A DNA stretch of 64,000 nt, taken from Lingula anatina. Lineage: Eukaryota; Animalia; Brachiopoda. The notes beneath the pieces are model-generated. The model was not told where the DNA came from. It worked only from the letters and a program-made list of their open reading frames with translations, and did no database searches. This document shows positions 52,801 to 64,000 of the stretch, piece after piece (positions within the stretch are counted from its first letter, which is position 1; each line of letters starts with the position of its first letter). The position numbers and the translations under genes are program-made. The stretch is from assembly GCA_051362555.1 (NCBI GenBank), contig CM120641.1, positions 36,214,401 to 36,278,400 of the forward strand, in the 5' to 3' direction.

Positions 52801-55800
52801 TAGTCTGCTTGTCTGAATGTGCTCATTGGTTCACTGTGGTATTGTACCACATCTGTATAGTACAGCTTTGCAACCCAGTCTCAATCTATATTATATCTTA
52901 TTGATATTTTTAATAGTATTTTTCTATCACGGATGAATCTTAGACATGCACCACACAAATGATATAGCCTTTTAACAGATAATCTCATGATATTACTTCA
53001 TCTGAAGTCCGTTAATGTCTGTATTAACATTTCTTCTAAATCGAAAAAAAAAAACATCTTAAAATGGTGTGTCAGTTTCTAGTAAGGAGTGTAGGGCTTA
53101 TCTTCTAAAACATGACACTTTTTCATGCAAGAAGCTAATCAGAAAAATATCATATAACATGAGTATAAAACTCACTCGTTTATCTTTGAGGTTTTTCCCA
53201 ATGCCTCATATAGCAAAATCCATATGATATGTAATGCGTAAAGAAGGCAAAAGAATAATGGCTGTTTTAATATTTTCTGTTATATACCGCATCCTGTTGT
53301 TTTGGTTTCTGTAATTACTTTAAGATTGGTGCAACAATCAACTATAATAGTACTTCATTAGAGGAAGAAGTTGATGCCCCACATCAGTTTTTCGAAGAAC
53401 TAACACGCAATAAGTAATCAACAAAAGACAGCAAAATGTTAACACGTGGTTGCATTAACGACTTCTTAGTACCATAATTGTATAATAATTTGCCAATATA
53501 ACCGACCACCAAGTTGAGATGAGCATCATCATCATACTTGTAGACATATATGGTTGCCTATTCTTGGAGCACATGTAATTAGTGTTACTTCAGGGTTTCA
53601 TTTCCGATGAAAACATGGCATTATTGTAGTTCTTTATGAACAACCCAGAGTGCTCCTACGGCTAAATACACATATATGGCTGCTTCAGAGCAATCCCATA
53701 TTACCGATCTGGCTCAGGCGGTGACACCTACTTACACACATTGTCACTTGACACTTCCTACCGGCTACAGGTTGAATGTGCAATTAGACTGACTGGATTG
53801 GGATTAATAAGGTATGTGCATGGAACAATGGACAATTCAGTTTTCTGGATAAATCCCAAAAATCACTTTGTAAAGGAAAAAAACTTTTTGGGTTTTCAAA
53901 AATCAATTTGTGTCATCATCAGGTAAGTAACATAAAATGATATATTAGGTGAAAAGTCTCTATTGATTGATGTTGGATGTACAGGATTTATTTTGAAGAA
54001 ACAATATCTTTATTTTAAAGAAAGAAGTCTGTCAAAACAACAAAACATTCATCTTCAGAAAGAAGATTTTCTTCTGTAATTTTTTTCTAATTCCCTGAAG
54101 CCAGTTGAGCTTAATAACAAGTATTTAATTTGTTGACTACCATTAGGACAGGCCAATGCTATATGGTTATACTCCACCATCCTGATTGCTGTTATAGCAA
54201 TTAGCCCGATTTGACATTGGGTTATCTTTCTAAATGTAGATGTCTTCATGACTTAGGTGCTGTGTTTAGATGCCATGCAAACAATATTGCAGCAGTATAT
54301 ATATATATCAGGATGTGCTCAACTGCCACAATGACAACAAAAACATATACATTCATTATTGGTTATATAAACATTGAATGTAGTTTACTGGTGGATTATA
54401 GTTATGTTATACAAAATGTAATTTTAAAGACAACCCTAGTGCAATCATGTTTGTTTTAATTGCCTTCAAAACCAATTGTAGTACCAATCCATGCTTTGAG
54501 CTGGTCATAGTGAATGACTTAAAACTTGAAATACTGAATTGCCAAATCACTTACGTCATAGTGAATGACTTAAAAACTTGAAATACTGAATTGCCAAATC
54601 ACTTACTTAAATAGTTGATGTATTTGAAACCTATGTGGACAAGGTCATACTATCCCATCATTTTAAGCTCAATAAATGCAAAAAAAAAATCCTTGCATGA
54701 TGAAATAATAAATACAAATAACTTTGAAATGCACAACTGGTCGTCAATGTGGCCCAATAATTTTTCTCAGTTGCATATTTGAAACAGCTTTACTAATATA
54801 GTTATTCCAGTGACCTCAGACATAACTTATTATCACTATCATGACTTACTTTTTCCAGAGGGAGGTAGGGTAGGGTTTCATCTCCATCTCTGATTTCCTG
54901 GCCCCCAAAGACAACATTGAAGGTACTGGTGTATACAAGGCGCTGGACACCATACTTAATACAGGCTTAAAGATAAAAACAAATCCAATGCTTTAATGTG
55001 TGTTTGTTTTTTAAAAAAAAAACCTCATCACAAAACAATTGTCATGGGCATTAATCACTTTAAACAGGATCTACACCAGTGAAAAGGAACTGCAATGGGT
55101 TGAATGATATAACACAAGTAATTTTTTTAAAGTTCAAAAAAAAATTATCAAAATGTCAAAAGAATTAGAGGAATAAATACTAGAAAGACAAATATAGGAA
55201 ATTCACTTTAACAAACTAGATGCCATATATTTATACCACTTCTGAATGGATCTAATTCTCTAAGGGGTTTAATAGCAATTTTTCAGATTTTATCAAAGTG
55301 GCAGCCTACAAGACTTCTAGTATTATTACAGTCCCTGCATGAATAGGCACAGAAATTTCATACCATGTGAAATGTGTAAATGTCACTCTGGTTTGTTTTG
55401 TAAATTCAATAAGGATTTCTTCTTAGCTTTGACCCTGAAGATTTAGTTTCCAACATCATATTTATTAAAACAAATATCACAGATTCACCAAGAGATTACA
55501 AGGAAACCATTCATTTTCATGTTGGGTAGTATTACATTAATGTAGGAAATTTCCAAACCCCAGTCATCCACAAAACCAGCATTAATCATAAGCATCAACA
55601 TTTTTATCACAAATTAACTTCTTTTTGGTCAATTGTGATCCCATTAAGCCTAAAAAGACTATTTTTCCATATTCATTAGTCCACACCCCCTAGAGTTCTA
55701 AGCTCAACATTAACACAAATCTAATCAATAATCAGATTTAAGCAGAGCAGAAATTTGATATTCATCATTAATAAAGAACATCAAACATTCTCCAGCTAAT

Positions 55801-57570
55801 TTAAACCACTGAGATAAAGTCAATAGCAAGAACAAAACAGCAGTCCATTGTAGAAAGTATGGAGCTGTTGTTGCCGTCACGCTTAATATAGCTATGTAAA
55901 TAGAATGCAGGATGCTTCATTAAAGGATCCTTACCTTCAATTATATTTTGTGTACCTTTAATATTCACTTCTTCTATTTGCTTTTTGTTAAGCTGGAAAA
56001 TGGAAAAGGAAAATGTTGTTTCAGTTAACTGCTTTTCCGAGTGACACTATTAAACTACATGAAAAGTAAAGTAAATTGCACTTGACAACTTCCAAGGATG
56101 GTCAATTAAAAGAATAAAAGATGTCCAAGAGATTGGTCTTTATAGCTATACCTATAGGGTGAATGTAAACAAAGACTGGACAGGTCATCTCTTAAAAATG
56201 CCAATATTTCATTTAAATAAGCCCCATTCAAGAGAGCCCTCACAAACATACTTTTGGACTGAGAAAAGCTGTAAGAAAGAACTGAATATCATAGAGAATA
56301 AATAGGATCAATAATGAGTTCCATTTCCCCATCTAAGTCTCTATTTGTTTCATTATTCTCATCCTTCTGCCAATATCACGACTGTCATTAAATGCTTTCT
56401 TTCTCAGATTTGCTGAGCTATTATTTCATATTCTATTTGATCCTCCCAAATCACAGGCCTGCCAGGCTGATCAACAAATATCAAAGGAGGGGGAGCAGGG
56501 TAATGTATTTGATCTGGCATAAATGCAAATTAACCCAGCTCACATTTGCAATTTCCCCATCCCCTTGCTTCAAAGTTAAGTCAATTTACTGGTACATCAC
56601 TAAATTGAATAAAGGTAAATATTTGACAATACTCCACAATCCTGTTACCTAGACAATAAATTCACTGCATTTTGGTCTTAAGTCCTAAAAGCTTTAGATT
56701 TAACCCAAAAATACTAGTCTGGCATTTGCGCGGCATTTTCCCAATCAAGACAAACGGAAGATTGCCCATTTAAAGTACTTGATTGTATTTTCTGCATGAG
56801 GAAGAGCTTCAATAATGCACTAATGCACATTACTCGTCATCTCTTCTCGGATAAGTGAAGCTGGTCAGCACTTAGTTCTACTTCATTTTCTTGTATTGTT
56901 TCAATCACAGAAATAGCAAGGAAATGCATTTGTTTCAATCACTACAACATTGGAAAATTCAATGGAACCATTAACAGTCATTAAAAAACATGCATCATAC
57001 TACACACGCCTTTGCACTTTAATAATAGTTCCGATTGGTTTTTCAGGTAGTTTTAAACAGAAACGCCAAATCATTGAGAATCAGAGGAAGACTATAGTAG
57101 CAAGTGAAGTGGAGGCAAGGTAAGATGACAGTGCTTTTTGATATCTGGTATCATTAATGACATGTCCTCTTTCCACAACTGATGGTTTCTTATTATCTGC
57201 ATTTAGCACACATGTGACAATGGTTATCAAATAACTAATTTCCCTGAATCATACTTTTTTGATTGGCACACTTTTTTTCCTATCACTGTGTAAAATCTAT
57301 CGTGGCGAGGTGAAAATGTATATGGTGAGTCAGTCATTCTGAAGGCAATGTACAAGCACAACAATTTGTTAGATCACAATTCCAGCTTCAAGAGATGGTT
57401 CAGACACACTGCCTCAGACCACAATTGTAGGCAACTTATTTCAGTCATAATGTTTCATGGATATTTCACTGGAACAATGTCAATGCTTTACAACAGAGAT
57501 TCTTGCTAAAAAATAAGCCTACCTTCTACACAAAACCTCCTTAAGGGCCCATACATAGCACTACTACAGA

Positions 57571-57650
<80 letters not shown>

Positions 57651-58569
57651 CAGTTCTGGTATGTCAGGTGTTATCAGGTAATTTTGTGATCATTTTAACT
57701 ATCAAAATAGCACACTTTACAGAAATAAAAATGCCACAAACCTTTTTCAATAATAACATACTAAGTTAGGGTTAGACTATGTTACAACTCCAGTACTATC
57801 ACCTTTAAATCTAAAATATTTTCTTTTCTATTTCTACTTTCTACACATTCAACTTTTCAACAAGTATTATTTGTAATGCAGACCTGAATAATTTTCTTAA
57901 ATATGGATTTTTATTATTAAACAATAAAGTTTTCAAATTTTTTCTTTATTTTACCTGGTCTCTTCCAGACATGCCATATGATGCAAGATGATATATGCAG
58001 TCTGCTCCTTTGACCGCATTTTCCACATCACTCTGTTTTCTTATATCACCCTGATAAAAAAAAAATTATAAAGAGGGCCATCACCTACCAGTAATCCAAT
58101 GTCTAAATTGTAGCAATACTGCATAAAAAAACCTTGAATCAAGATTTATCATTTAATTATTTTTGTTTGGAGCAAGAAAAAACTTTTGAGAGCTTGCAAC
58201 ATACTAAATTAACATCTATGTGCATGTTGTTAAGGATATGAATGAGTCAAGATGCAGCACTTTTGCAATTGTTAATTTTTAGCCTCACAACAGCGACTCT
58301 TATAGATTCACCATTGCACAACAGGATCTGCCTAGCCAGCACAAAGAATGCCAACAATATTTTTTTTTCACTTTGCTTATTACCTTAACAAACTCCATGC
58401 TTTCTAATAATTCCCCACATGGTTCTATAATATCAAACAACACCACTTGTATTCCCTCAGCTACAAGCGCTTTCCCTAGGTGATAGCCAGGATAGCCTCC
58501 ACCACCTGTTACTATATGTTTTTCCTTCACAGGCTCACCAGTCTGTTTTCTATTACGTAGCAGGACCAT
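27811..58569 (-). CDS. SDR42E1: Short-chain dehydrogenase/reductase family 42E member 1-like (3-beta-HSD family extended SDR), complete spliced gene, 395 aa
   Basis: Exons (transcript order) 58569-58384, 58050-57955, 55992-55935, 54965-54850, 51160-51002, 32709-32572, 31600-31535, 29694-29631, 28753-28680, 28041-27811 are all GT-AG and total 1188 nt in frame. Motifs: Rossmann TGGGGYPG, HLASYGMSGR, YTSTFNVVFGG, catalytic YSRTK, YGPGE, YFISDG, VYKTGVTHYF, and a C-terminal hydrophobic helix. Confidence 0.93.
28680..28753 (-). CDS. SDR42E1: SDR42E1 coding exon 9
   Basis: FITEMVHLMVSKVYNFQPLLTRTE, 74 nt. Confidence 0.92.
29161..29250. repeat. 25-bp minisatellite, about 3.5 copies
   Basis: atggtc(a/t)ggatatcattg(a/g)aatatc units. 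Confidence 0.8.
29631..29694 (-). CDS. SDR42E1: SDR42E1 coding exon 8
   Basis: VEGLGYSYPKVNVPLTLVYFF, 64 nt. Confidence 0.92.
30888..30918. repeat. Poly-C tract
   Basis: Direct reading. Confidence 0.9.
31535..31600 (-). CDS. SDR42E1: SDR42E1 coding exon 7
   Basis: AGQTYFISDGKPVNNFEFFRPL, 66 nt. Confidence 0.92.
31762..31831. repeat. Compound (CT)n(CA)n microsatellite
   Basis: Direct reading. Confidence 0.9.
32572..32709 (-). CDS. SDR42E1: SDR42E1 coding exon 6
   Basis: SYIERGLFAVTYGARDSLVEFLHVENLVLAHLLAGKALSKEKEHIA, 138 nt. Confidence 0.92.
33105..33210. repeat. About 50-bp tandem duplication
   Basis: agtaagtttatcattt(tt)ctgtcttggga.cagcct occurs twice. Confidence 0.75.
38997..39040. repeat. 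(TACA)n microsatellite
   Basis: Direct reading. Confidence 0.9.
42265..42459. mobile_element. Harbinger-like MITE with CAG TSD
   Basis: cag|gtcccagtttc ... gaaactggggc|cag, plus subterminal inverted taagtc.gttccctg. Confidence 0.65.
43370..45087 (-). mobile_element. 5'-truncated, frameshifted RTE-clade LINE (reverse transcriptase and C-terminus)
   Basis: RT motifs DYQKAFD, GVHQGCVMSP, LRYVDDIVLLA; RTE C-terminal LLYGCESWTL and LKFLGHCIRK; short 3' tail gaagagag; exact 12-bp TSD ttaccaaagtat at 43358-43369 and 45088-45099. Confidence 0.9.
45457..45611. mobile_element. Degenerate Tourist-like MITE, family B (internally deleted)
   Basis: gaccccaatcagat ... atctaaatgcgccc termini; colinear with 52187-52417; shares the ggggtaatt core with family A. 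Confidence 0.65.
47620..47795 (+). mobile_element. Remnant of a Helentron-associated/DINE-like interspersed element
   Basis: (CAAA/CAGA)n core followed by gaaaatataacctccttaggggag 3' hairpin-like end; family assignment is from recalled resemblance only. Confidence 0.4.
49347..49684. mobile_element. Kolobok-type non-autonomous DNA transposon
   Basis: Perfect 16-bp TIR agggataataactctt, TTAA TSD on both sides, RR..YY termini. Confidence 0.7.
50780..50940. repeat. Inverted repeat with arms of about 44 bp (small MITE or hairpin)
   Basis: tatatcttggctttctttgtcccagatatgctcatga versus the reverse complement of tcatgggcacactaaggagaaagaaagccaagatatgta. Confidence 0.7.
51002..51160 (-). CDS. SDR42E1: SDR42E1 coding exon 5 (catalytic YxxxK)
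   Basis: HPDHYSRTKSIAE...LRLAGVYGPGEMRHLPRIV, 159 nt. Confidence 0.93.
51957..52417. mobile_element. Tourist-like MITE family B carrying a nested second MITE (51972-52183) in its left TIR
   Basis: Host termini gaccccattcagat / atctgaatgctccc; nested element TIRs ggggcctttcagaat / attctgaacggggcc with ATA TSD. Confidence 0.75.
52642..52824. mobile_element. Tourist-like MITE with ATT TSD
   Basis: att|gagcgcattcgga.agcagacta ... tagtctgcttgtctgaatgtgctc|att, about 35-bp imperfect TIRs. Confidence 0.7.
54504..54606. repeat. Near-perfect 51/52-bp tandem duplication
   Basis: gtcatagtgaatgacttaaaa(a)cttgaaatactgaattgccaaatcacttac occurs twice. Confidence 0.9.
54850..54965 (-). CDS. SDR42E1: SDR42E1 coding exon 4
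   Basis: CIKYGVQRLVYTSTFNVVFGGQEIRDGDETLPYLPLEK, 116 nt. Confidence 0.92.
55935..55992 (-). CDS. SDR42E1: SDR42E1 coding exon 3
   Basis: LNKKQIEEVNIKGTQNIIE, 58 nt, GT-AG. Confidence 0.92.
57572..57648. repeat. (TA)n microsatellite
   Basis: Direct reading. Confidence 0.9.
57955..58050 (-). CDS. SDR42E1: SDR42E1 coding exon 2
   Basis: GDIRKQSDVENAVKGADCIYHLASYGMSGRDQ, 96 nt, GT-AG. Confidence 0.92.
58384..58569 (-). CDS. SDR42E1: SDR42E1 coding exon 1
   Basis: MVLLRNRK...IVTGGGGYPGYHLGKAL...MEFVK |gtaata; upstream acceptor ttttcag at 58603. Confidence 0.9.
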
Positions 58570-59313
58570 CTCAGATTTTTGGAGATAAATTATACTGTGA
58601 CCCTGAAAATAAATGTATTATAGTTTCTAATCCAGTCAGTGAAATGCGATGAAACCGGTGCATCATTCACAGATAACAAATGTGCCAGTAAAACTTGATT
58701 TGTTAAAAAAAGTCATGAATAGCTATCAAATGCAATATAATTTAATTCCAAGTAATTTTAACTGTCAAATATTAATATCATTAACATATCTGTCTGAACA
58801 TACAATGTTGCAGATTCAAAACTAATGAAGTTTTCCTATTTCTCTAAAATCGTTTATTTATTTTGTGGCTTTATTTATTTATTTATTTATTATATGCTAA
58901 TGGTGGTTCTTTAGACAGATACACATTTATTGCAAATGCACGCCAGTGATTGGCATGATGCAAAAAATAAATAAATAAATAAATGTTCTAAGTAGCTTGT
59001 TCAGCTATTTTGCCTTCTAACTATTCATTGACTACATGACAAAAAGGCAACGGTATTCAGTATATAAATGAATATATTGATCAGAGCTGTAGCTTTGTTT
59101 TGCGAAACAATATCATATTTTTTATTACTTCTCAGTAGACTACTGGTACATGTACGTTAACAATGACAATGTCATTGATTTTTCTGCCGGTGATCACAAG
59201 ACATTCTACTGTAACGATTAAGTGACCACATTCATAATTTGGTTTTCATTTTATAAAACTGATGATCGTGCCATAAAATACAATGAAAAGGAAACAGCAC
59301 TGGTTATTTTTAC

Positions 59314-59742
59314 CGTAATGTTTTATAACACCCGCCAGTGATCTCACTCAGTAACCCGGAAATAAACTTTGAACCCTTTTCAATGGGTACTTTACATGAT
59401 GACGTTATTTGAAATGATTTTTGTTTCTGAATTTTTAACACTCCAAGTAAAAAATGAAAAAGTAAAGGTCATATTTATTTAAACTGAAAAGTTTTGTCTC
59501 TTATACTAAACATACACTCTCTCTACTGCCATTATTTCGTAATTGATTTTTACGACGCATTACTGTACTTCCATACGGCATTAGTAACGTCTACAGTGAA
59601 CATAGCAACATGAAGGGCATTGTGTGCAAAACAAATTGATCCCTTTGCTGGACGCTTTATTGTCGACAACCTTGTATCTATAGTCGACATATTTTGTTGA
59701 GACGATAACCAATAATAACAAGAAGGAGTGTACGTTCCAACG
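59314..59742. promoter_or_regulatory. Putative bidirectional promoter and 5' non-coding exons of SDR42E1 (-) and STPG2 (+)
   Basis: CpG-enriched segment bounded by a minus-strand donor at 59313 and a plus-strand donor CG|GTAAGT at 59743. Contains ETS-like CCGGAA (59356-59361) and RFX X-box-like GTGAACATAGCAAC (59596-59609). Confidence 0.55.
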
Positions 59743-60251
59743 GTAAGTGACAGTTATGTTCAATTAATATTTTTAAACATCTACATAGATGATTCTAGAA
59801 AAGATTCTAGAAAACTAGACATTTTGCAAATTGACCTTGTTTCGTGTTTAGTGGTGATGTTGTGTTAACTTGCCTTTCGAATTATCACTTAAACTAATTT
59901 TGCTTAATAAGTCATGGAAAATACTTACTTACTGTACGTTTCACCTACAATACTGTCAGGTGGTACAAAGATGATTTGTTTTAAATTGCAATGTACTGGT
60001 ATTTTAATCGTAAGGTTTATAGGTCAGAAAGCTCATATCTTGCTTAAAATATTTATAATTTATTTTGCTTATGATACAAATATCATGGACATATCCATTA
60101 TTGTGTTGCTATTTTTAAAAGTTGCATAACAGGAGGATAAATACAAAAAAAAAATGAATAAATTATCATTAGCTATAATTTTGATATGGTAGCTTTTATT
60201 GTGATTTTGAATATAATAATTTATCATATATGTAATTTGCTTCCTCAGATC

Positions 60252-60485
60252 ATGTATGACAGAGCACCAAGAACACTGGTGAAACCATTTGGCAGCACTG
60301 CGGAAAGTGTTGGCCCTGGCACATATGATGCTGATCTACCTTCAAAGAGCAGACAAAAGAATGATGGTTATGCACCATTCTTATCTATGACAAGCAGAGA
60401 AACATTTCTCAATCAGAATGATCAAGTAGTAGCAGCCCCAGGGCCCGGGCATTATGATCCACAGGACCCACAATTAACTATCAAG
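60252..60485 (+). CDS. STPG2: STPG2 coding exon 1
   Basis: cctcag|atcATG; [25 protein letters not shown]...APGPGHYD...TIK |gtaaag. Confidence 0.9.
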
Positions 60486-63400
60486 GTAAAGGATTTTGTA
60501 CAGTTTTATTTTTAATTAAAATTAAGTTCTTATAGCTTTTTGCATATATGCAATTTATGAACCCCTCTAGGTTTAGAGTTATTATAGGGATTATTTTATT
60601 ATTTATTTTTGCCAATAGTTTTACTTGAATTTTATTTATGTTTTAATACATCTTGCAAAAGTTCTTAATGCAAGCATCCCAGACATATTCATAAACATAG
60701 CCTTAACTTGTACTGATTTAGGATTATATTTGTATGAATGATAGAAATGTGTCACTAGTGTCTGTATCAAAAACTCTGTTCACATTCACATTTAATAGAT
60801 GAGTGAATAAATCACATTTTTTCAATTATCTTTTAGGGAGGAAGAACCTTACAAAACAGATCTCAGCGGTTTCACAATTCAATGAATATAAACCCAGGCC
60901 CAGGAGCATATACCATATCAAAACCAAGTGACTGGGTCAAATCTCTTTCCCCAAGAAGTAGTGGTCACAGTCATGATAAATCTGGAAGAGGAAGCACAGT
61001 AAGTGTTTTATGTTAATGCCTGAATTAAAGAAGAAAAAAATGCAGAAAATACTACATAATGATGATTTAAAAGCAGAATTTATTTTGTGTATGTCAACGT
61101 GAATGTATAGATTAGATAAAAAAGCATTTTTTAGTGATCAGGCAACTTCTAAAAATCAATAAATGCATTTTTTCATAGTTAAACGTATTATTATTTTGTT
61201 TTCAGATGTCAACAGCAAAAATTAAATTTCACCGTAAGCCAGATGCTCCTTCTATTCCAAGCCCAGGAAAAGCATATGGTTATGAGGAAAATGAAGATGG
61301 TACACTCAGGAAGCAAGCACCACCAAATAGAGACAATTCCCTAGGACCTGCCTTTTATAAACCACAGGATGTAAGTTACCTTCACTTTGTTGGTCAGAAA
61401 TTGTCGATTATAACTCGAAATTATTCAGTCCAAAAACACAAAAACAAAAAATGTGGAAGTAGTTTGTTGCACCTGTTATTACCTTAGATATTTTGGGTTT
61501 AGGGTTATCAGTGTAAAATAAAAGTATTTAACAAATTATTTTTCTTTCTAGACAACAAACACAAAACCCACAAAGAGTTATAAGGGTATCCACTTTGGAA
61601 ACCGCACATCACAAAGGACAGATTTTGCTGGCAAAAATGGTCCTGGACCAGGAGATTATGAACCCTATGTGGAGTCTGCGGTTAAAGTAGAAAACATCAA
61701 TATGCCAGATATAGAAAAGAAAAAACATGAAGCCCAGCTTCCAAGATATCATGAATTAGTGGTGAAAGAAGAAAAGAAAAAGGTAATTGCATGGTTGCTT
61801 TTCTCAATTTCCATTGGGTCAACTTAAGTCACCAATCTTTTCCTTGATTGGTAATTGCCTATGTGCAATGCAGTCTAGGTTGTTAGCAAATATTTGGTGT
61901 ACAGAGTCAATATGAGTAAGTTATATTTTCATTCACATATCTTTGCAGAGGGTATCGACATTTGCTTAATTGTTTGCAAAGTGTAGTCTTGCTCTGAATC
62001 AGTTCAGCTTTTTTTCATTGCCATTTGGAAAATGTAATTGATATTGATTCTGTCAACGGAACTATGGATTGCTGCACTTGGAGTATTGTTACAATTTTGT
62101 CGATGCTGTAATTGTACACTTCAAACAGAGTAAATGACTATGAAAAAAGATTGGATAAAAATCAATTGTCTTTTTTAATTCATCATGTTTTTTTACATTA
62201 TTTTCTAAGAATTTGTGTTTTATCATTATTAGGCTGTTCCAGGCCCCGGTAAATATGAAATCCCAGGTCAATTTGAATCTCAACCAAATAAAGTGAACAC
62301 AGAAGGAATTGAAGTTGAACACCCTCCATTTCTATCACAAGGAAAGGTAAGCAAAACTTTAAAAATCTTTTTTAAAAAATTGTAAGCTATGTGTTTGTTA
62401 TACATCAGAGTAAGAGAAATCTGTATCCAAAAAGTGACAAATTTGTATTTTTAAAGAACTCCCTTTATTTTGCTTCAAACAAGTGAATGCATTAGGTGGG
62501 AATCCATTCTTCTCCTCTGAACAAATCTTGATGCATTTTGTTTTCAATGAGGATTATATACTCAGCATCAAACCATCATGTGTTTCCGCTTTTAGTGGTT
62601 AGTTTGATGACGGATCAAGTTGAAATGTCTTTGTGTCAAATCGAATAAAAAAAAAAGTGTGGTATAGCATGGCAATATCTATTTCCCTTCTCACAGCTGA
62701 ATACTGATATGATATATTAGGAGTGGAAGTTGTGTCTTCCTACACATTTAATGATTTGATGATGTTAGTTATTTCCTTTTGGTATATGCACATTCACATT
62801 GTAAACTCATTGCCTTGATTGTTAACATGTTCTAGACACATATAGAGTGTTAGGAAGTTCAGTATTCATATCAGGGTGTTGATTTTATCGGGAAGAAAAA
62901 TTGTCTGAGAAGAATGCTCTGTGATGTTTACAAGCACTGACTCACAAATGAAAATATGCATGGCTGTCACAAGCTCAGTACACAACACATAAATTGTATC
63001 TCACCCTATTTGAACATTTGTTGCAATTAATTAGGCCCTTTACCTTGATTACCATGGCAAGTGGAAGTTTGATCCCTTAGATAATAGAAACTTATGATTG
63101 CCCAATTATAACTACAATTGGAGGGGGCCAATTTATTGTTGTGCTGTAATAGTAGATATCTAATTCATACTGAATTGGAATGAAAGGTCCTTTGAAGTTG
63201 GCTTCCAATTTTGTTTTTAAGGGCCAGAGTAATTTGATTATGTAGTCTATTGCCCCCTTGAAGTAAAGCATATGACTTTGTGAATTAGACATCTGTGGGA
63301 ATGGAAAATATCCTGTATTTCCGGAATGCTTTGAGTTAAACAAATGAAACATTAATGACACAATGAAAAGCCTAAGCCTGTTTCTGTTATGTCTATGAAC

Positions 63401-63751
63401 TTTTTATCCAAATTGATAGTGTTTCTTGATTCCTCATACATTTTTAATTGTCTTTAAAAACTGTTATGGTATTTTTTCTTCTTTTTGCCAAAATACTCTT
63501 AGGTCTTGGTAGAGTGCCTATATTTCATATCATTTGATATTATCCTTTGTTAATATGTCAAATATATATGAAATTATTTTGTATTTTTCAGAGATTTGGC
63601 CCAATTAAATCAGAAGCCCCAGCTCCAGGGACATACAATGACCCCAGGTCAGCATTTGAATCGTTAAAAAGGGTGACAGGCCTGAAGAGGAGTCCCTTTG
63701 GTCAAACAGCAGTCAGATTCCAACCATCACACCATATTCGCAAAACTCCAG
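60252..63751 (+). CDS. STPG2: Sperm-tail PG-rich repeat-containing protein 2-like, 5' partial (continues past window)
   Basis: Exons 60252-60485, 60837-60998, 61206-61370, 61552-61782, 62233-62346, 63592-63751 are GT-AG and in frame. Starts MYDRAPR, with repeated PGPGxY (SHIPPO) motifs, [38 protein letters not shown]. Confidence 0.92.
60837..60998 (+). CDS. STPG2: STPG2 coding exon 2
   Basis: [12 protein letters not shown]...NPGPGAY...GRGST |gtaagt, 162 nt. Confidence 0.88.
61206..61370 (+). CDS. STPG2: STPG2 coding exon 3
   Basis: MSTAKIKF...[12 protein letters not shown]...[10 protein letters not shown] |gtaagt, 165 nt. Confidence 0.9.
61552..61782 (+). CDS. STPG2: STPG2 coding exon 4
   Basis: [16 protein letters not shown]...GPGPGDY...[15 protein letters not shown], 231 nt. 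Confidence 0.9.
62233..62346 (+). CDS. STPG2: STPG2 coding exon 5
   Basis: [14 protein letters not shown]...HPPFLSQGK |gtaagc, 114 nt. Confidence 0.9.
63592..63751 (+). CDS. STPG2: STPG2 coding exon 6
   Basis: [19 protein letters not shown]...[10 protein letters not shown]...KTP |gtacgt, 160 nt. Confidence 0.9.
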
Positions 63752-64000
63752 GTACGTAGAGAACAACTGATTTTGGGCGGATCCAGAGATATTTTCTGAC
63801 AGTCTTTCAAATTACCTTTGTTGATCCATACCCCATTTTTGACTGGCTTCCGACAGAAAAAATTAGGTCCCCCTCAATGTAGACTAGAAAATTCTGACCG
63901 TCTTCTGGCAGACCCAGAAGACAGTTTCCGTCTACCCCTGATTGTAAATTCTTGTATCATAAGTATAGATTAGACTGTCTTAGTCAACAGGCTCTTTAGA

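Overview
AT-rich, intron-rich eukaryotic genomic DNA, probably an invertebrate and possibly a lophotrochozoan or mollusc (inferred from the PKA-R N-terminus). I assembled three spliced protein-coding genes by hand using GT-AG sites and frame continuity: (1) a complete type I cAMP-dependent protein kinase regulatory subunit (PRKAR1-like, + strand, 10 coding exons, 1140..24693, 376 aa); (2) a complete SDR42E1-like 3-beta-HSD/short-chain dehydrogenase (- strand, 10 coding exons, 27811..58569, 395 aa) with an 18 kb intron; (3) the 5' part of an STPG2-like sperm-tail PG-repeat gene (+ strand, from 60252, running off the window), head-to-head with SDR42E1. The introns carry a PIF/Harbinger deletion derivative, several Tourist-like MITEs with readable 3-bp TSDs, a Kolobok-type MITE, a 5'-truncated RTE LINE with a 12-bp TSD, and microsatellites. 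The most interesting signals cluster in the PKA-R locus: two perfect CRE palindromes in the promoter; an in-frame alternative first exon (MGNKLRK..., 110 aa) that would replace the dimerization/docking domain; further candidate short exons in intron 1; and several degenerate direct copies of the cAMP-binding-cassette-B coding segment in the last intron. A possible decayed multi-exon gene or spliced lncRNA lies inside the large SDR42E1 intron. No rRNA, tRNA or CRISPR array was seen. Most short ORFs in the supplied track are intronic noise.
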